Below, piece after piece: positions 9,282 to 19,760 of a stretch of DNA of 64,000 nucleotides; positions within the stretch are counted from its first letter, which is position 1; every line of letters begins with the position of its first letter. The notes under the pieces are model-generated. The model was not told where the DNA came from and did no database searches. It was given only the letters and a program-made list of their open reading frames with translations. Both the position numbers and the translations under genes were made by a program. Origin of the DNA: Candidatus Latescibacterota bacterium (GTDB lineage Bacteria; Latescibacterota; UBA2968; UBA8231); the NCBI GenBank assembly GCA_965219385.1, contig CBDCNM010000002.1, forward strand, positions 2,288,936 through 2,352,935, given 5' to 3'.

Positions 9282-11141
9282 TCATCCGCGCGATTCGGCA
9301 AACTCTCCGTAAAAGTGGTCGAAGGCACGGATCGTGCCGCAGATGTAGAGGGCGTCTCCTGCGGCCAGAATGAACGACGACGGGATGTCCATGACGAGCT
9401 CCCCGCCGCGCTCGACTGCGACCACGGAACAACCGGTGCGCTCGCGAATTCGCGATTTGAGCGGGTTGCGACCGACCAGTCGGCCGGCGTCGAGCTTGAC
9501 GAGCTTGATGCGGGCCTGTTGCGACACCATCTCACCCAGGACGTGATGGGCGAGGAGCTGTCCGGCCACCTGGCTTAGCGAGAGCGCGAAGTCGGCACCC
9601 GCCTGCTGAATGCGCCCCACATTCTCTACCAGGTCGGCGCCGGCGATGATGGGGACATCGGGGGTGTAATTGCGGACCACGGTTGCGGCGAGGAGGGTGG
9701 CACTATCTCCACGGCGAGCGAGGCGTGCACGACCCGCTCGCCGTGGGTGTGCAGTCGCCGCGCCACTGACTCGTCCTCTTCGATCACGACCGTGGATAGG
9801 CCACGGCTGTCGAGCTCTCCCATCAGGGAATTGACCTCGGGACCGTATCCGTAGATCACGACCGCCTCCTCTACGTCGGGCAGCACGCGCGGTAGGCGTC
9901 CCTCGTGGCGCTCCTCCACCAGCGGAGCCTTGAAACTTGTCGATCTGCACGACGCCGCTTGTTGCGTCGGCCTGCCGGGCCGCCTTGCCCTTGAGCAGGG
10001 TGGCGCAGCCCTTCAAAGCCAGCGGGGTGAACAGGTTCAGGAGGAAGGCGGTGAAGATCAACGCCGTGAAAATAGCCTGGTCGATGGCACCCTGGGTCAG
10101 GGCCAGCGACGCGAGGATAAAGGCCATCTCGGCGCGGCCGCACATGCCCACGCCGACGGTCAGGGCCTCGCGGGGCGGCAGCCCCATGCGCAGCGCCATG
10201 GCGCCGGCACTGGCGATCTGGCCGACGATCAACACAATCGTCAGTAGCGCTATGAACGCCACGCCGGAAGCACTGATGTCGAAGGTGATGGAAAAACCCA
10301 GCGAAATGAAGAAAATCGGGCCGAGGAATGAATAGGCGATTCCGTAGGCGCGGTCGTTGACAACCCTGACCAGGTTGGGGTGCGCGACCTTGTCCTCGAA
10401 GAAGAGGCCGGCCATATAGGCGCCGAGGATCATGTGGAGGCCGATGGCTTCGGCGAACAGGCCTGCGGTGATCGCCGTGAGCAGTACGAAGGTGAAGCCT
10501 TTGCCCCCCTCGGAACGAAACGGCAGGGTGAGCCGGGGATAGACGAATCGTCCCAAAAGCACTGCGACGGCGAAGAAGCCCACGACCTTTCCCAGGGTGA
10601 CGACGATGCTGAGAGGCTCGAAGGTGCCCCCCGAGAGCATGCCGATGACGAGGCCGAAGAACACCAGCGTCAGCAGGTCGTCGATGACGCAGCTGGCGAT
10701 AATCACGCGCGCCACCCGGGTGTTGGCCAGACCCAGGTCCTTGAGGCTCTTGAGGGTAATCACCACGGCGGTGGCCGTCATGGTCAGCCCGACGAAGGTG
10801 GCGCCGACTGGGTCCAGGCCGAAAAGCAAGGCGACTCCAAAGCTGACCGCGAAGGGCACTGTGGCGCCGACCACGGCGACCCCCAGCGAGCGCTTCAACG
10901 CGTCGTAGAATTCGAGCGGCCGGGTCTCCACGCCGGCGTGAAACATGAGAAAGAATATGCCGATCTCAGCCAGCAGCTGGATGGCTTCACCCGGCGTGAT
11001 CAGTCCCAGCACGGCCGGGCCCAACAGCACTCCGACGATCAATTCGCCCATCACCGTGGGCAGACCGAGCGGGCGCAGGGTGACGGCGATCAGCCAGATG
11101 CCGGCGAGCAGAATCAGCAGATCGAAAGCGATTTCATGCAT
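9282..11141 (-). pseudogene. Cation:proton antiporter (CPA2/Kef-like) with damaged TrkA-N/TrkA-C tail
   Basis: Many TM helices with GELIVGVLLGP and IDD motifs; the TrkA-N motif VVIYGYG lies in another frame (9626-9919). Confidence 0.75.
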
Positions 11142-11238
11142 GGCGAAGACCTAGCGGACCTGTTTCACAACTTTGACCTCTTCAGGACAGCTGGTACGGG
11201 GCGATACAGAAGAAGAAAGATCAATTGGCTGGATCGTG

Positions 11239-12429
11239 CTACCACATCGACTTGCGATCTCCCCAGGGCCGCTCCCGCAACACCTCCTCGTTCATCTCCG
11301 TCCCCCACCCCACCCCCGTCGGCACCTTCATAAACCCGTCGACAATCTCGGGATTCTCCGTGGTCAACTCCTCCCGCCACGGCACATCGTCGATATCCAT
11401 CTCCATGATCCGCACATTGGGCAACACCGCGCACAAACTGGCACCGATAAACGACGATAGATGACTGTAGTAATTGTGCGGCGACAAATTAAACTGGTAG
11501 ACCTCGGCCAGATCCCCCACCTGCTTGGAAGGCGCAAACCCGTTCCAGGCGATGTCCACCATGAAAACATCTGCCGCGCGAAGCTCGAAATAGGGAATAA
11601 ACTCGCGCATGTAGATGAGATTCTCCCCCGTGCAGATGCGCGTTTCCGTCGATTCCTTGATCTCCAGGAGCGCCTCCGGTTCGTAGATATCGATCTCCAG
11701 CCAGAGCAGCCTGTACGGCTCCAGTACCTTGGCGATCCTCTTACAGGCCTCGGGTTTGAAATTGAAGTTGAGATCGAGGTTGATGTCCACCTCCGGCCCC
11801 ACCGCGTCCCTGAAGGTGCCGATGAGGGTCTCGATGTGCCCGAGCAGCTGCGTCGACACGTTGCCGTCGGTCGTGCCCGGTCCGGGGGCAAAACCGGGGA
11901 AATGCGCCGTCGCCGGATTCCCCGGAAAGACGATATTGGTCTTCAAGGCCGTAAAACCGCGCTCGACCACTTCGCGGCCCAGGGCGGCGATATCGTCCAT
12001 CGTGCGCATCGGTGCCATGTCCTCCAGATAAGAGTGGTGCAGCGCCCGGCTGGTGCTGCAATGCGACCAGTAGACCCTCACCTCCTCCCGCGTAGGACCA
12101 CCGAAAAGTTCCACCACGGGGATCCCCAAGGCTTTGGCCTTGATGTCGATCAGCGCCAGTTCGATGCCGGCGATGCCCTTGGCGGCGATGCCGCCCGGAC
12201 TCTGGCGCGAGCCCCGGATCATGTCCCAGAAACGCATTTCGTAGGCGCGGGGATCCTGGCCGATGAGCAGCGGTTTCATATCCTGTACAACGCCGGCCAC
12301 GCCCCAGGGATTTTTGCCGTCGCTGCATTCGCCCCAGCCGGTCACACCCTCGTCCGTCTCCACCTTGACGAAGGTCCACGGACGCCAGCCGGCGTCCACC
12401 ACGAAGGTCTCTACAGTGGTAATCTTCAT
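11239..12429 (-). CDS. Mandelate racemase/muconate lactonizing (enolase superfamily) dehydratase
   Basis: MKITTVETF, VKVETDEGVTGWGE, D.K.K..G.P...L.GG, GFTALK, WLE, TGE. Confidence 0.9.
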   Translation of the reverse strand: MKITTVETFVVDAGWRPWTFVKVETDEGVTGWGECSDGKNPWGVAGVVQDMKPLLIGQDPRAYEMRFWDMIRGSRQSPGGIAAKGIAGIELALIDIKAKALGIPVVELFGGPTREEVRVYWSHCSTSRALHHSYLEDMAPMRTMDDIAALGREVVERGFTALKTNIVFPGNPATAHFPGFAPGPGTTDGNVSTQLLGHIETLIGTFRDAVGPEVDINLDLNFNFKPEACKRIAKVLEPYRLLWLEIDIYEPEALLEIKESTETRICTGENLIYMREFIPYFELRAADVFMVDIAWNGFAPSKQVGDLAEVYQFNLSPHNYYSHLSSFIGASLCAVLPNVRIMEMDIDDVPWREELTTENPEIVDGFMKVPTGVGWGTEMNEEVLRERPWGDRKSMW

Positions 12430-12514
12430 GTCGAATCCCCAGGATTGATGATGGGTATCAATGGGCGCGGATGTAACTTCGCCGGCTTCTTTGTCGCGAT
12501 GCATCCTTATGTAC

Positions 12515-12543
12515 TTGACAGGTCCGCCGCGACAGTATAACCT
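12515..12543 (+). promoter_or_regulatory. Possible sigma70 promoter for the Kelch gene
   Basis: TTGACA-17 nt-TAACCT in the divergent intergenic region. Confidence 0.45.
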
Positions 12544-12669
12544 AACAAATCCGCCAGGAACAGGCCAACGAGGCCAACGGCTAAGAGCCTATACGGAAAT
12601 TCGCTCCGCGGCCCGAGAGCGTGTGAGGAGTGGGTGCCATCAGGATCATTGACAACGAGAGGAGCCACA

Positions 12670-13590
12670 ATGGGAACCTGGATTCAACGAGCCGCCATGC
12701 CGACGCCCCGCCACGACCTGCAATCCATCGCCGTCAACGGGTCCATCTACGCGATTTCCGGCGCCGATGACCTGACCGTCGACGTGGTGGAGATCTACGA
12801 CGTGGCCACCGACACCTGGATCCAGGGCCCCCCCATTCCCACCCGGCGAGGATGGCTGGGCGCCGCCGGGATTGACCGCAAAATCTACGTGGCCGGCGGC
12901 AAGACCATCCGCACTCCGGAGGAGAAGAAGGCCTATGGCCACGACTACCACTTCACCTCCCGCGACAACCTGGAGGTGCTGGATCTGGACAGCCAGACCT
13001 GGTCGTCGCGGGCGCCCATGCCCGGTGGCCCGCGCGCCGGTCTGGCTGTGACCGCCTGCCGGGACAAGATCTGGGCCATCGGCGGCAACACCATGATCTA
13101 CCAGGATCAAAGGATAGTGGATCGCGTCGAAGTGTACGATCCGGCCACCGACACCTGGACGCCTGGCCCGGCCCTGCCCCGACGCATACAGGGCCCCACG
13201 GTGGCAACCCATAACCGGCTGATCTACCTGACCGGCGGCATCAGCGATGCCGATCCGGACCGGATCTGTCGCAGTGAAACCTACGTACTGGATCCGGACG
13301 TGGGCTGCTGGGAATCCCTGGCGCCAGTGCCGACGGGTCGGGAATCTTCCGGCGTGGTCGTGCTGAACGACCTGATCTACACCTTCGGCGGCAAGGATCC
13401 GGATTACTCCACGGCCACCGAGATCTACGATATCGCCGCCGACCGCTGGTACGTTGATGCCCCCATGCCGGTGGGCAAGGCCTGGCTCGCCGCCTGCGCC
13501 GTGGGCGAGTGCCTCTTCGCCATGGGCGGTGCCCACGGGCTGCAAGTCGGCTTCAAATGGATCGACGATTTGCACGAGTTCGTGCCGTAG
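12670..13590 (+). CDS. Kelch-repeat beta-propeller protein
   Basis: About six repeats of IY..GG....E.YD...D.W.....P..R; GAGGAG RBS. Confidence 0.9.
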   Translation: MGTWIQRAAMPTPRHDLQSIAVNGSIYAISGADDLTVDVVEIYDVATDTWIQGPPIPTRRGWLGAAGIDRKIYVAGGKTIRTPEEKKAYGHDYHFTSRDNLEVLDLDSQTWSSRAPMPGGPRAGLAVTACRDKIWAIGGNTMIYQDQRIVDRVEVYDPATDTWTPGPALPRRIQGPTVATHNRLIYLTGGISDADPDRICRSETYVLDPDVGCWESLAPVPTGRESSGVVVLNDLIYTFGGKDPDYSTATEIYDIAADRWYVDAPMPVGKAWLAACAVGECLFAMGGAHGLQVGFKWIDDLHEFVP

Positions 13591-13670
13591 CCCATGCGGA
13601 AATTCCGGCCGTTGGCCTCGGCCCCATCCCCCAATCGCCGCCCTGGCAGACGAACGCGAGGAGTAAGACC

Positions 13671-14792
13671 ATGCAGACCATCCAGATCAGCGGCCGCAGT
13701 ACCCCCCCCGAATGGGCGCTCCGGCAGCGCCACCTGTTCGACCTGATGGACCGCGCCGAGGCCAACGGCGGCATCGTCCCCGACAACGTCGGTCCCACGG
13801 GCAAGATCGGCGGGCGCATGGGCGGCAAGTGGTGGGGCGGCTACTATGGCTGGCGCTGGCCCCACGGCGGTCGCGTCATGCTCGAAGCCCTGTGCAACGC
13901 CGGCTGCAACGCCACCCTGCTCACCGGTGATGCGTCCTGGCTCGACCTTTTCCGTTCGCAGGCCGATAAGCTGTGGGAGATGCGCCGCGAGGAGGACGGC
14001 CGGCTCATGATCCCCAACAAGCACGGCGACCAGGGCTGGTTCGAGTACATCCCTCACGCCTCCAGCGACACCCTGCGGTTGCTGATGCACGCCTACGCCG
14101 TGGGCCGCCAGCAACAGGACATGGACCGCATCGACGAGCAGTACGGCGACCGTCCCTTGCCCGGGGACCTGCCCCTGCCCGGCTGCGGCAAGTCCGGCAG
14201 TTTCCGCATCCACGAGTGGTTCGAGTACACCGTGGGCCGCAATCTCGACTTCCCCGAAAGGGCCCTGGAGATCACCCACGCCGAGATGCGTCGGCGCCTC
14301 GACCGCATCGATTCGGAGACCCTCGACTGGACCACCTGGCGCGAGCGGCCCGACTGGCAGGACGTGCACCACTGGCAGGAGATCAACCCGGTGATCCCCG
14401 AGGGCCTGATGCAGATGGCCATGGGCACGCCGACGGCGGTGTATCACGGCGGCGTGGTGCACGCCGCCGTGCGCTACTTCGACCCGGCGGCAAAGCGGCC
14501 GGGCCTGCCGCCCCATGTGTCCGCTCTGGTTGACCAGGTCGAGACCGACCACATCCACGTGCACCTGGTGAACACCGACATCCTCGCAACGCGGGAAATC
14601 CTCCTGCAGGCCGGCGGTTGCGCCGAGCACGAGTTCACCGAGGCGAGCACCGACGACAGCGACGCCGCGCCGACGAGGGTCGATAACCGCCACCTGCGGG
14701 TGCGCCTCGGGCCGGCGGCACAGGCGCGGATGCGCCTCGGGCTGAAGCGGCTGGCGCACCGGCCGACCTACGCGCGGCCGGCCTTCGACTGA
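13671..14792 (+). CDS. Conserved hypothetical protein, probably internally deleted
   Basis: PPEWAL..R, NGGIVPDNVG..G..G....GKWWGGYYGW.WPHG, W...NPV..E.L and RPGLP..V.ALV motifs; GGAG RBS. Confidence 0.6.
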   Translation: MQTIQISGRSTPPEWALRQRHLFDLMDRAEANGGIVPDNVGPTGKIGGRMGGKWWGGYYGWRWPHGGRVMLEALCNAGCNATLLTGDASWLDLFRSQADKLWEMRREEDGRLMIPNKHGDQGWFEYIPHASSDTLRLLMHAYAVGRQQQDMDRIDEQYGDRPLPGDLPLPGCGKSGSFRIHEWFEYTVGRNLDFPERALEITHAEMRRRLDRIDSETLDWTTWRERPDWQDVHHWQEINPVIPEGLMQMAMGTPTAVYHGGVVHAAVRYFDPAAKRPGLPPHVSALVDQVETDHIHVHLVNTDILATREILLQAGGCAEHEFTEASTDDSDAAPTRVDNRHLRVRLGPAAQARMRLGLKRLAHRPTYARPAFD

Positions 14793-14860
14793 GGGCGCCC
14801 GCCGCCTGTTCGATGACAAACACTCAGAGAAGAAAGAAAAAAAGACCAGGGAGTAAGACC

Positions 14861-15583
14861 ATGGGAAAACTTGGCTGCGATGATACCCCGATAATCCCGA
14901 ATCAGCAATGGCGTGTGCACGATGATCAACGTCCGCAACCACGAGTGGTCCGTCCGGGCGATCGGCCCGGCGCGGCCCCCTCGGACGCTATCGTTCTATT
15001 TGACGGTACTGGCTTGAGCGGATGGCTTAACCGGGAAGGCGCTCCAGCCGAATGGAATCTGCAAGATGACTATATGGAAGTGCAACCCGGAACCGGTGAT
15101 ATTCACACCAAAGAAAATCTGCCGGACTGCCAGTTGCATTTGGAATGGGCTGCTCCAGAAGTTGTCAGAGGCGAATCGCAGGGACGCGGCAATTCAGGGG
15201 TATTCCTGATGGGTAAATACGAAATCCAGGTTCTCGACTGTTATGAAAACCCGACCTATGCTGATGGTACCAATGGTGCGATCTATGGTCAATGGCCCCC
15301 TCTGGTCAATGCCTGTCGCGCTCCAGGTGAATGGCAAACCTATGACATCATCTGGATTTCTCCAAGATTCGATGGCGCTACCCTGCTCAGCCCGGCGCGA
15401 ATCACTGTCGTGCAGAATGGCGTCCTGCTGCATCACGGTAAAGAATGGAACGGTCCATCAGGTCACCGCAATCTACTCGAGTACGAAGCCCATGCGCCAG
15501 AAGCGCCTCTCCAACTTCAGGATCACGGCGATCTCGTCCGGTTCAGAAATATCTGGTACAGGCCCCTGACCCAGTATTCATAA
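14861..15583 (+). CDS. DUF1080 / 3-keto-disaccharide hydrolase family protein
   Basis: PSDAIVLFDG, LHLEW, RGNSGVF, YEIQVLD, GEWQTYDI, LQDHG...FRNIW. Confidence 0.9.
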   Translation: MGKLGCDDTPIIPNQQWRVHDDQRPQPRVVRPGDRPGAAPSDAIVLFDGTGLSGWLNREGAPAEWNLQDDYMEVQPGTGDIHTKENLPDCQLHLEWAAPEVVRGESQGRGNSGVFLMGKYEIQVLDCYENPTYADGTNGAIYGQWPPLVNACRAPGEWQTYDIIWISPRFDGATLLSPARITVVQNGVLLHHGKEWNGPSGHRNLLEYEAHAPEAPLQLQDHGDLVRFRNIWYRPLTQYS

Positions 15584-15892
15584 GAGACTATCTTGCGGTT
15601 CGTCCAGGTAGCCCATCTCCGGCCGCAGATCCCAGCGGTAGCAGTCCGAGGGCTGGACGTGGCGGCCCCAGGCGGAGAGGATGGGGCGTTCGGCTCGCAG
15701 GGCCTCCATTTTGGCGGCGATGGCCTCGGGGTCCCAGCTGTCCAGTACCTGGGCCTGCAGGTCCTGGAGGAGGTCCCGGCAGGCCGGGTCCCGGGCGCGG
15801 TCCCAGACCTCGTGGGGATCCTCTTCCAGGTTGAAAAGTTGCGGCTCCTGGCCGTGGTAGTAGTTGAGCTTCCACGCTCCCCGGCGCATCAT
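15578..15892 (-). pseudogene. C-terminal fragment of a sulfatase (choline-sulfatase-like)
   Basis: M.RRG.WKL.YY....PQLFNL.EDP.E motif without any N-terminal catalytic region. Confidence 0.7.
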
Positions 15893-16029
15893 GGGGTGAA
15901 AACACCCTCGGTCAAGATACTTTGCAGAGCTTGCATAATGAGTTAAAATTTAGCATATAAGTATTTCTTTTTAGATGTCGAGACGAGAGCGACCATGCGC
16001 GCCTGAGAAATATCCCAAGGAGGAGAATT

Positions 16030-16896
16030 GTGGCCGCCAGCAAAGATTCGCGCAAAAAAGCAAACGCAGCTGAATCCGCACCCAAGACGTTGACCGGGGA
16101 TATTGTGGTCAGGCACAAGAGGAAGATGAAGCAGAAGGAGTATGAAAAGGAACTCGGTAAACTCTACCACGAACTGGTGAAGTTGCAGTACTGGGTCAAG
16201 CGAGAAGGATTGCGGGTGGTTTTGATCTTTGAGGGCCGGGACGCGGCGGGCAAGGGCGGCACCATCAAGCGCATCACCGAGCCGCTGAACCCGCGCGGGT
16301 GCCGGGTGGTGGCCCTGGGCACGCCCTCGGACCACGAGAAAACACAGTGGTACTTTCAGCGCTACGTGGCCCATCTGCCCGCGGCCGGCGAAATCACCAT
16401 CTTCGATCGCAGCTGGTACAACCGCGCCGGGGTGGAGCGGGTCATGGGTTTTTGTACCGATAAGGAATACCGGGAGTTCCTGCGCTCGTGTCCCGAGTTC
16501 GAGAGCCTGCTGGTGCGCTCGGGGATCATTCTCCTCAAGTACTGGTTTTCCGTGAGCATGGAAGAACAGGAGAAGCGCTTCCAGGCCCGCGCCCAGGATC
16601 CGACGCGGCGATGGAAATTAAGTCCGATGGATATGGAGTCCCGGGATCGATGGGTGGAGTTTTCCAGGACCAAGGACGAGATGTTCGTATGCACCGATAT
16701 CGAGGAAGCTCGCTGGTACACCGTCGAGGCCGATGACAAGCGCCGGGCGCGGCTGAATTGCATCGCCCACATCCTGGAGAAAATCCCCTACGAGGACGTC
16801 ACGCCCAAACCGGCGAAATTGCCACCCCGCAAGGGGGAGGATACGTACGAGCGGCCGAAAAAGTCGGATCATCCGCTGGTGACGGAGAGGTACTAG
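16030..16896 (+). CDS. ppk2: Polyphosphate kinase 2
   Basis: FEGRDAAGKGG, QWYFQRY, FDRSWYNRAGVERVMGF, WKLSPMD; AAGGAGGAG RBS. Confidence 0.95.
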   Translation: MAASKDSRKKANAAESAPKTLTGDIVVRHKRKMKQKEYEKELGKLYHELVKLQYWVKREGLRVVLIFEGRDAAGKGGTIKRITEPLNPRGCRVVALGTPSDHEKTQWYFQRYVAHLPAAGEITIFDRSWYNRAGVERVMGFCTDKEYREFLRSCPEFESLLVRSGIILLKYWFSVSMEEQEKRFQARAQDPTRRWKLSPMDMESRDRWVEFSRTKDEMFVCTDIEEARWYTVEADDKRRARLNCIAHILEKIPYEDVTPKPAKLPPRKGEDTYERPKKSDHPLVTERY

Positions 16897-16914
16897 CCTG
16901 GTCCGTCGTTGGGC

Positions 16915-16944
16915 CCCCCCATATCGCCGGGATATGGGGGGTTT
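16915..16944 (+). terminator. Hairpin after ppk2
   Basis: CCCCCCATATC-gccgg-GATATGGGGGG followed by TTT. Confidence 0.55.
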
Positions 16945-17072
16945 CGCCCGCCTTGTCCGCCGCTTTTGCCTGGCACAAGGCAGCCAATGCGCTCGGACTC
17001 GGGGGCACACCAGGAATTTTAAAAAGGCTTCTTATCATTGGGGCATGAGGCCTATACGGAGGAAAATTCAGC

Positions 17073-18009
17073 TTGAGCAGACGGGTTCTGGTTACGGGGG
17101 GCGCGGGTTTCATCGGCAGCCACATGGCGGAAAGGCTGCTGGCGGACGGCAATGAAGTCATCATCCTGGACAACGAATCCACTGGAATGCGTAGCAATGT
17201 GCCGGCAGCAGCGCACTTCATCGCCGGCGATGTGCGCAATCCAGAGGATGTAGCACGGGCCTTTGAGGGGGGACTGGACGCGGTCTTCCAGATCGCCGGC
17301 CAGACCTCCACGATTTTTTCTTTTGCCAATCCGCACAACGATCTGAGCATCAATGTCGGTGGGACTCTCAATGTCCTGCAAGCCTGCCTGGAGCACCAGG
17401 TGCCGCGGTTGCTTTATGCCAGTTCCATGATTTGTTACGGACGCCCCGAACACGTACCGATCAGCGAAGATCATCCCTGCCGGCCGGTTTCCTACTACGG
17501 GATCACCAAGTACGCCGCCGAACGCTACGCGCACGCCACGGCGGCGTGCAACGACCTCCGCCTGTTCAATGTGTACGGACCGCGTCAGAGCCTGACGAAT
17601 TTCTACCAAGGCGTGGTCGCCAATTTCGTGGCCAATATCCTCCAGGGACAGCCGATCATCATTCATTCGGACGGCGAGCAGATGAGGGATTTCATCTTCG
17701 TCGGCGACGTCGTACACGCCTGGGTCAAAGCCCTGGATTGTCCCCGGGCCCACGGCCAGGTTTTCAACCTGGGGATTGGTGAAGGGATCACCATCAACCG
17801 CCTGGCGGATATAACCCTGGCGTCCTTCGATAAAAGCCGGGACACCCACCCATACCATCCTGTACGAGCCCGTGCGGCCGGGCGACCTGCGCTACGTGCA
17901 GGCGGACATGACCAAGACCCGGGAAATCCTCGGCTGGACTCCGCTCACGCCTTTCGACCAGGGCATGGAGCACACCCTGAGATGGGCGCGCAGCGAGGCC
18001 GGCAAGTAG
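17073..18009 (+). pseudogene. NAD-dependent epimerase/dehydratase, frameshifted
   Basis: TGGAGFIG, YxxxK, RLFNVYGP, RDFIFV.D; the family C-terminus (RPGDLRY..AD..K....LGW.P) continues in another frame after about 17855 and ends at TAG 18009. Confidence 0.8.
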
Positions 18010-18078
18010 ACCGACCGCTGGAAAAATCCGCGATCCATCCTACATTGGGATGAACTACCTGCCGCGCAAACACACCTT

Positions 18079-19524
18079 CTAGTGCGGTTTCCGGACTACC
18101 GCGATCAGGGAAAGGCCCGGCAGCGGCAGGTAGTTGTCGATGCGGCGCAGTACCCAGATAAAACTGTCGAAGATCTTCAGTTGCAGCTTGCCGAAATTCT
18201 TGCGTCGGAGGACGCGGCTGTTGAGAAGCCACATAATCGAACCAACCCGATTGAAGGAAAACACCTCTTTTACCTCAAACCCCGCTTGTTCGCATTTTTC
18301 GATCAATTCCCCGCGGGAGTATCGTCGGTAGTGTTTCAGGATCCGGTCCAGGGAACCGTAGAGCCACTGTCCCTGGGGTACCAGGATGATGGCGGTCCCC
18401 CCCGGGACCAGAGCTCTGTACATATTCTCCAGGGCCTGTTCATCCCGGGATACGTGCTCCAGTACATCCAGACAGGTCACCGTGTCGAAACGCTCCTGTA
18501 ATGAATCGAAGTCAGGCGCGTTTTCGAGGTCGACCTTTCTCACATCCATCCAGGTGTAATTGCCGAATCGGCTCTGCAGGTAGTCCAGGTGGAGCGGATC
18601 CGTATCGCCGGCTGTGTAGAATTGACGGGGCAGCAATTTCAGGGTGACATTGCCGAGGCGGGCGCCGATTTCCAGCACAGTTTTGCCCACCCAGGGGGTC
18701 ACGGTGTCGGCCACCCAGGTATTGAGACGATGGGTCTGGGAAATGCGGTACTGAACGGCATGGCCGTAAGGAGTATCGTAGATATCGTCTACGAACCTGT
18801 AGTAGACGATGGTCCAGATCGCTCGCAAACCGTCTCTCCAGGTGATCTTTTTGCCCTCTTCGTAGCTGCGCGCCCTGTAGGAGATCGGAACCTCGTAGAT
18901 GCGGCAGCCGCGCTTGGCGAATTTAGCGGTCAGTTCGGGTTCCAGATCAAAGCGGTTGCTGCGGATTGGAATGGATTGCAGGATGATTGTCCTGGTTGCT
19001 TTGTAGCCGGTCTCCATGTCGGTGAGGTTCAGGTCCGTGAACAGGTTGGAAAAGATAGTGAGCAACCGGTTCATCAGGGTGTGCCAGAAGTAGAGGACCC
19101 GGCGGCGGTCGCTGGGGAGAAACCGCGACCCGAAAACCACGTCGGCATCGCCGTCCAGAATGGGTTGGATCAGCTTGGGGTAGTCCAGGGGGTCGTATTC
19201 CAGATCGGCGTCCTGGATGATGCAAATATCGCCGGTGGCATGCTGGATACTAGTGCGCACAGCAGCACCTTTTCCCTGGTTGGCGGTATGGACGTGGAAG
19301 CGGATGATGTCGGGATGTTCCCCGGCGATGCGGGTGAGAATGGCAGGGGTATCGTCTGTCGAGCAATCGTCTACAATGACCAGCTCGCGGTCGATCCCCG
19401 GGGGCAGGGGGGCCTTCAGCACCTTGTCGATGATTTGTTCCACGAAGTACTGCTCGTTGTACACAGGTATGAGGATACTCAGCTTACCCGCTGGCGCAGA
19501 TGAAGTCTCCTCTTTCTGGTGCAT
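18079..19524 (-). CDS. GT2 glycosyltransferase (DPM1-like) fused to a class I SAM methyltransferase-like domain
   Basis: IPVYNE, VDDCSTD, NQGKG, QDADLEYDP, then VLEIGA..G and VLEHV. Confidence 0.9.
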   Translation of the reverse strand: MHQKEETSSAPAGKLSILIPVYNEQYFVEQIIDKVLKAPLPPGIDRELVIVDDCSTDDTPAILTRIAGEHPDIIRFHVHTANQGKGAAVRTSIQHATGDICIIQDADLEYDPLDYPKLIQPILDGDADVVFGSRFLPSDRRRVLYFWHTLMNRLLTIFSNLFTDLNLTDMETGYKATRTIILQSIPIRSNRFDLEPELTAKFAKRGCRIYEVPISYRARSYEEGKKITWRDGLRAIWTIVYYRFVDDIYDTPYGHAVQYRISQTHRLNTWVADTVTPWVGKTVLEIGARLGNVTLKLLPRQFYTAGDTDPLHLDYLQSRFGNYTWMDVRKVDLENAPDFDSLQERFDTVTCLDVLEHVSRDEQALENMYRALVPGGTAIILVPQGQWLYGSLDRILKHYRRYSRGELIEKCEQAGFEVKEVFSFNRVGSIMWLLNSRVLRRKNFGKLQLKIFDSFIWVLRRIDNYLPLPGLSLIAVVRKPH

Positions 19525-19648
19525 GGTTCCCCGGGTGCTCGCAGTGTCTGGTTGACCGTTCAAGAAATATACTACAATACAGAATTTGCCAGAATTTGCC
19601 GCTGCTGGCGTCCTCTGATTGTCGTTCGCAACCCCGGGGCCAATTCGC

Positions 19649-19677
19649 TTGACTCGGGATTCGGTATTGCTTAGATT
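19649..19677 (+). promoter_or_regulatory. sigma70-type promoter
   Basis: TTGACT-17 nt-TAGATT in an AT-rich divergent region. Confidence 0.55.
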
Positions 19678-19760
19678 AAACACGCTGTAAGCTACATAAT
19701 TTACGGAACTTATTTAAATATAAATGATTTTTTATTGAGCCCACATCACTCGATTCCTCC

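Noticed and set aside
8085..15892. One sulfatase gene split by an insertion
   Set aside because: On the minus strand the C-terminal piece lies upstream of the N-terminal stub, the wrong order for a simple insertion
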